Positions 26,281 to 33,490 of a DNA stretch of 64,000 nt are shown piece by piece. The notes beneath the pieces are model-generated. The model searched no databases and was not told the DNA's origin. It saw only the letters and a list, made by a program, of their open reading frames with translations. The position numbers and the translations under genes are program-made. Every line of letters starts with the position of its first letter. Position 1 is the first letter of the stretch. Source of the DNA: Escherichia phage vB_EcoM_IME392; sequence record MH719082.1; one strand, given 5' to 3'.

Positions 26281-26649
26281 AAATTGGTCGGGATCGTGGC
26301 CCACGTCGGAGGATTTGCCAAACTCCCCATTATCATAGCCTAAGCTATCCAGACGGCCGTAACTACCCTGCTCCGGTACATGCGATAATGGGGACGTATC
26401 CAAAGATGTGGAGATCCCGTTAAAATATCTTAAGCTTCTCGCTATGTGTGTCCTACACTCTACCCTTGCGGGGTACCGGAGGATGAATCCGAACTTCCTG
26501 CGACCACACACGGAGGCCCTTGCAGACGTGCTTTATTGCGCTCATCCTGGCATAGCGAGAACTTAAGATATCTATTGATGCGCACCAGATAAGTATTTCC
26601 CAAGCCATGAACTTAATCTGGGATCTTGACCTATCCAGTGCGACTTATG

Positions 26650-26725
26650 TGGTACTCCCTACTGGATTCGAACCAGTGACCGTCGGTTTAGAAGACCGAT
26701 GCTCTATCCTCTGAGCTAAGGGAGC
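26650..26725 (-). tRNA. tRNA-Arg (anticodon TCT)
   Basis: Reverse complement: acceptor GCTCCCT/AGGGAGT (G1-U72), D arm GCTC-AGAGGATA-GAGC, anticodon stem TCGGT/ACCGA with loop CTTCTAA, T arm ACTGG-TTCGAAT-CCAGT, CCA encoded. Confidence 0.8.
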
Positions 26726-26735
26726 TTAACTTTAG

Positions 26736-26802
26736 GATGACCTCTTAGCTTACCATCGCGAAAGCTACATGGAGTGTAGTTAACGTGAACTAAGAGGTCA
26801 TC
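26736..26802 (-). ncRNA. Stem-closed structured element (about 67 nt) immediately 5' of tRNA-Arg
   Basis: 13-bp closing helix GATGACCTCTTAG / CTAAGAGGTCATC, with an internal hairpin CTACA-CTCCA-TGTAG. Confidence 0.35.
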
Positions 26803-27297
26803 ATAAAATCAGTTACTGACGAATTATACTTTCCCAACCATCCACATATACTGCGTTGGCTATGTAAAGAATGCAGAACAAGCCAACGATTAAAGGATTA
26901 ATCATTGTACTTCTCCATTTAATTAAGTTACCTGCTTACTGTTACAGGGACGCCGTTCGTCGCGCCAGATTACCAATTGGCGTATTAAGCCAATCTCGCC
27001 AACCGCGTAACGCCATTGGCTGGTATCACATAGGCTTGTAGCCCTCAGTCAACCTATCCTGAGGATGAAGATCAGATACTCTCTAACGGCGGGATTGATA
27101 GTCCCAGAGTACGATCTCTTTGCCATTCTCGTATGACCTAGGAGACGACTGCCCTGGTTAAGGAGACCAGACAGCTGATATGGTTTAGTTTATTTTTAAT
27201 TTGAGTCCCACTCATACCTTACAGACTCAAGCACTGCAGACCACCATGAAGCCGACTCGTACGCTAACAGTCGACACCACGGATCCATGAAACTCCA

Positions 27298-27340
27298 ACA
27301 ATTTAACAGCCTTTCGACTCATCAAAAGAGTGTTAAATTG
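27298..27340 (-). promoter_or_regulatory. Conserved promoter-like element (copy 11) upstream of the structured non-coding region 26736..27290 and tRNA-Arg
   Basis: CAATTTAACA-GCCTTTCGACTCATCAAAAGAG-TGTTAAATTG. The core is enclosed by a 10-bp inverted repeat and is nearly identical to copy 10. Confidence 0.5.
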
Positions 27341-27481
27341 TCCGCTCCCTATCACCGAGCACTGTGATGATGGGAAAATAGGGAGCGAAGCGATTCCTAA
27401 GTTTTATCTCTTCTCTAAGTGATTAACCGTTACATACGATGTACCTTCTCGAAAGAATTAAGCCGGTATTGGCACTTCAGA

Positions 27482-27517
27482 CACTTTAACAGCCTTTCGA
27501 CCGTACAAAAGAGCGGC
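27482..27517 (-). promoter_or_regulatory. Conserved promoter-like element (copy 12)
   Basis: CACTTTAACAGCCTTTCGACCGTACAAAAGAGCGGCG, the consensus copy. A small hairpin RNA region (27336..27385) lies downstream. Confidence 0.45.
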
Positions 27518-27521
27518 GTAA

Positions 27522-28064
27522 TTAGACGCTCGCCTCAGGCACTTTAACAGCCTTTGGACGTGTAAAAAGAGCGGGATTATACCATTCTGGGGTACGATAG
27601 AAAGAGATCTTACGACCCTCTTTCTTCCAGAAGTAGAATTTATCGTTGAGGTAGTTACGGTACTTCTCGTAGACTGTCTCACCAGGAGCACCTGATACAC
27701 ATGCATACGGAGTCATATCGGTCTCTGGACCTACTACCAGATTTTTAGGTAGTGCCACAAGACGGGATAAAATTTCTTCGGTTGCATGGAGCCGTCCGGT
27801 ACGTTCAAAGAATAGCATGCATAAATAGCTTGCCAAGTCACGAACGAAGTTGTAGTTACCTGACGATTCACGAACCCACTTAGCACACGGATGATTAACA
27901 TGCGTCTGCTTATAAATACCCTCGATAGCGTTTTCGCCATCCAGAACATGATGAGCAGTAGATAATAACTGAGCACACTCAATAATCATTTTATTCTGGT
28001 GCATAGGCATACAGTGGTCCATAGCACATTCTAACGCATCTTCGTGAGTACGGAAAATATTCAC
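27522..28064 (-). CDS. Pyrimidine-dimer DNA glycosylase (T4 DenV / endonuclease V-like)
   Basis: Pyr_excise-like segment LSTAHHV...THVNHPCAKWVRESSGNY and C-terminal ...YRTPEWY (T4 denV ends RPTWYKYYG). Confidence 0.45.
   Translation of the reverse strand: MNIFRTHEDALECAMDHCMPMHQNKMIIECAQLLSTAHHVLDGENAIEGIYKQTHVNHPCAKWVRESSGNYNFVRDLASYLCMLFFERTGRLHATEEILSRLVALPKNLVVGPETDMTPYACVSGAPGETVYEKYRNYLNDKFYFWKKEGRKISFYRTPEWYNPALFTRPKAVKVPEASV
27540..27574 (-). promoter_or_regulatory. Conserved promoter-like element (copy 13), tandem with copy 12 and inside the 3' end of the DenV-like ORF
   Basis: CACTTTAACAGCCTTTGGACGTGTAAAAAGAGCGG. Confidence 0.4.
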
Positions 28065-28144
28065 AATAATTACTCCTAACGTGGTTGCTTACTTTAAGTC
28101 TCTCGTGAAAGATTTAGAGTAAGCATCGGAGGAATTACCTCCGA

Positions 28145-28179
28145 CACTTTAACAGCCTTTCGACGGCACAAAAGAGCGG
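28145..28179 (-). promoter_or_regulatory. Conserved promoter-like element (copy 14) upstream of DenV-like gene
   Basis: CACTTTAACAGCCTTTCGACGGCACAAAAGAGCGG. Confidence 0.5.
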
Positions 28180-28181
28180 TT

Positions 28182-28340
28182 TTAAATTTTACATGCATCT
28201 CCGCAGTCGTCGTCACCAGGCTGGCTGATAACTTCGTCTACGTTAACCATGCGATCTTCTACACGACGAGATGCCTCGTCTAATTCTTCCTGAGATGGGA
28301 GATTGGAGAAATCCAATTCTTCACCAGATTTATTGCCTGA
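28182..28340 (-). CDS. Small acidic hypothetical protein
   Basis: Part of ORF 28182..28388, with an internal start MSGNKSGEE. Overlaps the end of the upstream gene. Weak. Confidence 0.25.
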   Translation of the reverse strand, partial: SGNKSGEELDFSNLPSQEELDEASRRVEDRMVNVDEVISQPGDDDCGDACKI

Positions 28341-28812
28341 CATAATCACTCCACACGTTAATAACTTCTTTACCACAGGATTTAGCATAGGCTACACAGT
28401 TACCTGTGCCACCCGAACTACCATCCCATAGGGCTAATCCCATCTGACTACGGTTAACCATGTATCGGTTACGCACCATCATCTTGAAGGAATCATACCC
28501 AGGCTCGGACACTATAATTGTGCGACGACTTTTTCTGCATAGCTCAGTCCATTTTTCTGTATCTGCAGATCGCCACATTTTGGGTTGGTCAATCATAGGG
28601 ATTGTTGCAAAGTATGGTATTCCGAGATTGGCACATGCCTGAGCACATGCCATATCCCATCCTAACGCCATACCTATAAACCAGCAGTCCACGCTATTCT
28701 TAGCTGTAAGCTCCTGGATGTGATGTTCGGCAAACTGGGTAAGATGATCATGGCTAAAGTTATCCCATCCACCCAGCTTATCTGGCCTATGACCAGTCAC
28801 GAACATAAACAT
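28330..28812 (-). CDS. Hypothetical protein, possibly a SLOG/YpsA-like nucleotide-binding domain
   Basis: N-terminal MFMFVTGHRPDKLGG and a Gly-rich segment DGSSGGTGNCVAYA. The assignment is by pattern only. Confidence 0.3.
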   Translation of the reverse strand: MFMFVTGHRPDKLGGWDNFSHDHLTQFAEHHIQELTAKNSVDCWFIGMALGWDMACAQACANLGIPYFATIPMIDQPKMWRSADTEKWTELCRKSRRTIIVSEPGYDSFKMMVRNRYMVNRSQMGLALWDGSSGGTGNCVAYAKSCGKEVINVWSDYVRQ

Positions 28813-29153
28813 TACTTCTTGCCCATCTTAGCCTGCATAGCACGGACGGTATCCATGGCGCTGGCCAATTTGGCTGAAGTATCCTGCGGACCATCTTCTT
28901 CTAGCTGTTTCTTAAGGGACTCCATACGATCAGTAGTACCCTTAGTATCCATCTCGATTAATTCGTTGATGGTCGAACCACCCACGTTAGGTAACTTACC
29001 CAGCTGAGTAAGATCCTTAACTTCTGGGATTTTAACATGAAGTTGAATAGACTGGGATGCTCTCGCGAACGACCCAGCACGACGATTGTCTCCTACCTTA
29101 TTGTACAGGGAAGATAGGTTACCCAGGAACGTAATGATATCAGCAGTTTTCAT
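28812..29153 (-). CDS. Hypothetical protein (start MKTADIITF with RBS GGAGGA)
   Basis: ORF 28812..29195, trimmed to ATG 29153 preceded by GGAGGAATCAAAT. Promoter-like element at 29170..29203 is upstream. Confidence 0.45.
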   Translation of the reverse strand: MKTADIITFLGNLSSLYNKVGDNRRAGSFARASQSIQLHVKIPEVKDLTQLGKLPNVGGSTINELIEMDTKGTTDRMESLKKQLEEDGPQDTSAKLASAMDTVRAMQAKMGKK

Positions 29154-29169
29154 ATTTGATTCCTCCAAC

Positions 29170-29203
29170 AAGTTAACAGCCTTTCGACCGTACAAAAGAG
29201 CGG
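29170..29203 (-). promoter_or_regulatory. Conserved promoter-like element (copy 15) at the divergent early/late junction, upstream of gene 28812..29153
   Basis: AGTTAACAGCCTTTCGACCGTACAAAAGAGCGG. Confidence 0.5.
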
Positions 29204-29349
29204 TTTTTACTCAAAAAGACTCTTAAAATTATGTTTTCGAGCTTTACAGGACGCCCCTGCGGTCTAAAGATAGGCCTCAAAAGGGTGTTTTTGTGAAGGT
29301 TGTCCGAGGCCCGTCCGTGACGTCTTCAATTATAAACAGGAGAAATACA

Positions 29350-29823
29350 ATGGGCGAGTTAGCTAAGCAAAACTTAAGTACTATTCAAAAGGGTCTTTCC
29401 TTAGTTAATTCGGAGGGCTCTGAATCCGTAAACGTTAAAGCCCTACAAGGTAAAGAAATAGGCTTACAGATTCTTCAGTTAGGTCTGGCAGAATCCGAGG
29501 CTAACCGAGTAGCAAAGCTTAACGGGATTATAGAGATCCTGGAAAAGAAAATATTCGATCCTGAGCGATTAGATAGACTTACCGAGAAGGAGCAGATCGA
29601 GAGATATCAGCTGGCCTTAGCTAGCGCATCTCAATCGGCAGCATTCGTTAAATCGACCATCGGCTCGATTAACTGGACAGCTATCGAAGTTTCTCTCTTA
29701 AGTCTGGCATCCGCCATTGAGACAGCCAACGAAGGTCAGTCTCCTAAGGATCGTAAAGACATGTCTACTATTGCCAATAACTTGATTAAGCAGTTGGCAG
29801 AAGGCATTGGTCCTAAGGGGTAA
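29350..29823 (+). CDS. Hypothetical protein; candidate small terminase subunit
   Basis: 157-aa helical protein immediately upstream of the large terminase. RBS AGGAGAAATACAATG. Assignment by position only. Confidence 0.35.
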   Translation: MGELAKQNLSTIQKGLSLVNSEGSESVNVKALQGKEIGLQILQLGLAESEANRVAKLNGIIEILEKKIFDPERLDRLTEKEQIERYQLALASASQSAAFVKSTIGSINWTAIEVSLLSLASAIETANEGQSPKDRKDMSTIANNLIKQLAEGIGPKG

Positions 29824-29826
29824 GCC

Positions 29827-31653
29827 ATGGCTGATGCATTAGATGAGTTTATTGAAGCATGTGGCTCTAGACTCGAAGCTATGCATCAGTTAGCATTGAT
29901 GAGTGGCTACGAGGAGCGGGTTCCAACGATCCAAGAGTTCGTAATGGATCCATACTACCTGGGTAAGTCCTTGGTAGATGCTGATGGTGTCTGCTCGGTC
30001 TATCCTATTTGGATGGATGCTCTGGCTAAGATTTATCCTACTCCGTACACTTCACCAGCCGTAGAGATTTATCTCACTGGTGGTATCGGTCTTGGTAAGT
30101 CTACTGCTGCTAAGATTATCACTCTCTATGACTTGTGCAAATTGCTATGTCTTAGAGATCCTCGTGCACATTTTAAACTTCTGCCATCCACAGTAATTCG
30201 CTGGATGCTGATGAACGCCACTAAAGGTCTGTCCTACGATGTACTCTATGCAGAGATCATCGAGTGGATAGAGAATAGCCCATTCTTCAAAGGTAAGATG
30301 ACTGGTGGTAAGAATCCTCGTACTCTGTTCATTAAGAACGTAGACTTAGGATTCGGTTCTCGTGGTCAAGATGCTCTGGGTCAGGCTACCGTAGGTGCCA
30401 TCTTCTCAGAGATAAACGACATGACCGTAGTTCACGGTCAAGCAGAAGATAACTTTGATACCATCTATACTCGTATGAACTCTCGTTTCGGGGGTAAAGG
30501 GGTAGAGATGATTGGCCACTTGATTCTGGACTCTTCGAATAAGGGAAACCGTTCCTTTATCGATGTTCGTCTAGAGGATAAGGCCAAGAAAGGAATTCAC
30601 GACTATCTGTTATTCAGATACGCTCACTGGGAAGCTAAATGGCACCTCGGCGGGTATTCTGGGGAAATGTTCTACGTCTATGCTGGTGACCAGTATCGAG
30701 ATCCGTTTATCTTCGATGAGAATACTCTCAAGATTAAAGACGGTCTGGAGCCATCTCGTATTATCTCTGTACCTGTTGAACATAGACAGGAATTCGAGAC
30801 TAACATTGTTAAGTCTCTTAGGGATCTTGCAGGTGTGTCCACATTCGGTACATGGTCGTTCATCTCGTCCTACGAGGTGCTTAACCGAGCTGCTGATCAC
30901 ATTAACCCTACTGAATCTAACGTGGTGGTTCTGGACTTCTTCGATAAGGAGCAGACTCTTCACCAGACTATAGATATTCCTAGACTTGCCTTCCTTAATA
31001 AGAAGGATAGGTTCATCCATATTGACTTGGGTCTTAAGAACGACTCAACTGGTATAGCCTGTTCCTATCTCGATGGTTATGTTGACCAAGAGACTTACGA
31101 TCCTCTAACCAGTACGCGCATGGTTACTCGTGAACCTAAGATCGTTACTGAGTGGGCGTTAGAAATTACCTGCCAGCCTGGTCAGGAAGTTCCTATCTAC
31201 AAGATTAAGAACTTCTTAATAGAAGCATCTCAGCAGGGTTACCCAATTAAAATGGTAACCACCGATGGATACCAATCCACTAACTTACGTCAGGATTTAA
31301 CTCTGGCTGGGTTCGAGACTGCTCTGCTATCTGTTGACCGGACTAAAGATCCATATAACTACTTAAGGAACTCGATTCTCGAAGGTCGCAGCACTATTCC
31401 AGCTGTACCTAAGTTGATCAAAGAACTTAAGGAGCTAGAGGAAGGCGAAGGTAAATTCGACCATCCACCAGATGGCTCTAAGGATATCGCGGATGCCGTA
31501 TGTGGATCCCAATGGTCTGTTAAGGAGAATATCCATAAGATCGGGTCTACTGCTACGGTTGAAGATCTTCAAGTTGCACTCCACGAACTTAATAAGTCTA
31601 GGGATGCGAAGGAGATGTTTCGGAACATTATTAAGCAACGAGTGGGTGGCTAA
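29827..31653 (+). CDS. Terminase large subunit (gp17-like)
   Basis: Walker A IYLTGGIGLGKST and a C-terminal nuclease-domain segment containing DGSKDIADAV. 608 aa. Confidence 0.85.
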   Translation: MADALDEFIEACGSRLEAMHQLALMSGYEERVPTIQEFVMDPYYLGKSLVDADGVCSVYPIWMDALAKIYPTPYTSPAVEIYLTGGIGLGKSTAAKIITLYDLCKLLCLRDPRAHFKLLPSTVIRWMLMNATKGLSYDVLYAEIIEWIENSPFFKGKMTGGKNPRTLFIKNVDLGFGSRGQDALGQATVGAIFSEINDMTVVHGQAEDNFDTIYTRMNSRFGGKGVEMIGHLILDSSNKGNRSFIDVRLEDKAKKGIHDYLLFRYAHWEAKWHLGGYSGEMFYVYAGDQYRDPFIFDENTLKIKDGLEPSRIISVPVEHRQEFETNIVKSLRDLAGVSTFGTWSFISSYEVLNRAADHINPTESNVVVLDFFDKEQTLHQTIDIPRLAFLNKKDRFIHIDLGLKNDSTGIACSYLDGYVDQETYDPLTSTRMVTREPKIVTEWALEITCQPGQEVPIYKIKNFLIEASQQGYPIKMVTTDGYQSTNLRQDLTLAGFETALLSVDRTKDPYNYLRNSILEGRSTIPAVPKLIKELKELEEGEGKFDHPPDGSKDIADAVCGSQWSVKENIHKIGSTATVEDLQVALHELNKSRDAKEMFRNIIKQRVGG

Positions 31654-33231
31654 ATGGCAGAAAACGAAGTGGTCTCTAAGCAAGACTTAGATGACAAACC
31701 TGGTTCTCGCCAGGAGGTCTTAGCAAAGTTGCTAGACGATACCATCACTATGAAGCATAGTGATGGATTGTTGGGCACGGTACAGGCTTACCTTACCGAT
31801 CGCCTTACCAATATGGTAACCACTCGTGAAAAGTATTTCAACGAGCTGGCGAGATTTCGCTATAACTATATCACAGCTGGTATCTATGATATCATCTGCA
31901 ATGACGTGCTCACCAATACGGATGATGGTGGATTCGTCATAGAGATTGAAGGTGATGAAGAACTGACTCAGGAGGCGAACGAGCTAATTAAGGCTCTGGC
32001 CATCCCGGACTTCCTCACCTCCATTTTGCCGGAGTTACTGCACTATGGATCATACCCCTTAAGACCGTCACTGGAAGATGGCGAGGGATTGATTGGGTTG
32101 GTGGATGATTTTGATCCGCGTGATGTTATCGCAGTAACTGATTCATCCGGCCTTCCTATTTTCTTCTTCGTGAATTACACGACTAAAGATGCTGGGTACA
32201 TAGACTATGAGTCTCGTCAGAAGATGGAGTATCTAGGTCCTCAAGAGGTATCTTACCTCTCTCTGGATCAGAACTTCATTAAGCTGCCGATTCCCGATAA
32301 AGTCACTGCCCAGATGAAGCGTAAAATTACGGAAGAGTTGGGTGAAGACGAACCTATGGCTAAGCTCATGGGTAAGTCGATTAAAATTCGTTCGTCCTTG
32401 TCATTCTTATGGGGATCTCTGGATAAGCTCAAGAATATCTTGATGCTGGATAAGGTTAACGTCTATAAGACGCTGGCTAACCTCCTGAGTCCGTCTGTAA
32501 TCGGTGTTCCTCTCCCGAATAATAACGACATTAAGCAGATGAAGTCTATAGTCAACGACTATGACCAAATCATTAACAGTACTAACCTGTTTGCTGCTGA
32601 TATGAGTAACCTCCAGTTTAACCTGCAGGATATTGTATCAGTTAAAGTCGTTCCTATCTCTGGAGATCGGTCTGTACCTCAGATCCTGGATACTGGTAAG
32701 TCGGATAACACTATCGATCCAGAGAAGATCAGATCCGAGTTAGAGGTTCTGTTACAGTCCTATGGTATTCCTCTGGAATTATTCCTCGGAAGCCTTTCCT
32801 CTAAGGATAACCTAAGGACGAATATTCGTTATGCTAAGAAGATCAAGCGCATCGGTAAGAGCCTGTGTAAATGGCTGCAATATCTGCTGCTGTTACACTT
32901 CGGCTTTAAATACGAGAATCTGGATCTCGAGTTATCTGAAATTAAGGTAACACTGAAGTCCTCTATTAACGTAGATGCTCTTGAGAATATGGAGACTCAA
33001 GATCTTCTTATCACAAGTATTAATGGTATGACTGGGATGCTGGATTCTCTGAAGAACGAGATCGAGAACTCCAATTATACTATTGATAACGATGCTCTGC
33101 TTAAGGTAGTCGCGGATACTCTCGCAGACATAGGCTCTCCGTTCCACGGAGTAATTAAGCTTAAGTCCGAGGTCCCTATAACCCAGCAGACTCCTCCTGC
33201 TCCCCCAGAAGATGGTGAAGAGAATGAATAA
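31654..33231 (+). CDS. Portal protein (putative)
   Basis: 525 aa, translationally coupled to the terminase (TAAATG). Position and size as for T4 gp20. Confidence 0.55.
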   Translation: MAENEVVSKQDLDDKPGSRQEVLAKLLDDTITMKHSDGLLGTVQAYLTDRLTNMVTTREKYFNELARFRYNYITAGIYDIICNDVLTNTDDGGFVIEIEGDEELTQEANELIKALAIPDFLTSILPELLHYGSYPLRPSLEDGEGLIGLVDDFDPRDVIAVTDSSGLPIFFFVNYTTKDAGYIDYESRQKMEYLGPQEVSYLSLDQNFIKLPIPDKVTAQMKRKITEELGEDEPMAKLMGKSIKIRSSLSFLWGSLDKLKNILMLDKVNVYKTLANLLSPSVIGVPLPNNNDIKQMKSIVNDYDQIINSTNLFAADMSNLQFNLQDIVSVKVVPISGDRSVPQILDTGKSDNTIDPEKIRSELEVLLQSYGIPLELFLGSLSSKDNLRTNIRYAKKIKRIGKSLCKWLQYLLLLHFGFKYENLDLELSEIKVTLKSSINVDALENMETQDLLITSINGMTGMLDSLKNEIENSNYTIDNDALLKVVADTLADIGSPFHGVIKLKSEVPITQQTPPAPPEDGEENE

Positions 33232-33478
33232 ATCTGAGCTGCTTATGCAAGCTGTTGATGAGTCTGCTGCTACTACGTACACGCTGACTCGCCTTGCAAA
33301 AGATAACAGCGATACCGTAAATGGTGTGCTGGATAACTTCCTCCGTGACGTGCAGATCCACGATGCTGGCGCTACTGCATCTACCGATGACAATGGCGAT
33401 CTCACAGTAACTACTCGCCTCGGCGATGGTCTGACTTATATCATGGAAAAGTACGGCTTCAGCTACACTAAGTCGTAA
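33224..33478 (+). CDS. Hypothetical small head-morphogenesis protein
   Basis: ORF 33212..33478. The preferred start is ATG 33224 after the purine-rich GGTGAAGAGA. Confidence 0.4.
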   Translation: MNKSELLMQAVDESAATTYTLTRLAKDNSDTVNGVLDNFLRDVQIHDAGATASTDDNGDLTVTTRLGDGLTYIMEKYGFSYTKS

Positions 33479-33490
33479 TAAGGAACCGCT

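Noticed and set aside
26272-26511. 79-aa minus-strand ORF inside the tRNA/ncRNA island
   Set aside because: No promoter-like element or RBS context. It overlaps the stem-closed element next to tRNA-Met, and its composition is unlike neighbouring genes.
27458-27706. 82-aa minus-strand ORF overlapping the DenV-like gene and two promoter-like copies
   Set aside because: It is an alternative frame of the DenV-like gene region, spans regulatory repeats, and has no independent support.
1682-29203. Interpreting the 35-bp repeated element as a terminator, a dispersed mobile-element repeat, or a T4 MotA box
   Set aside because: There is no stable hairpin plus U-run on the transcribed strand in most copies. 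It is strictly strand- and position-specific, always upstream of transcription units on the minus strand, unlike a mobile element. The MotA-box consensus (TGCTTtA) is not matched; the best fit is an extended -10 promoter with extra conserved upstream positions.
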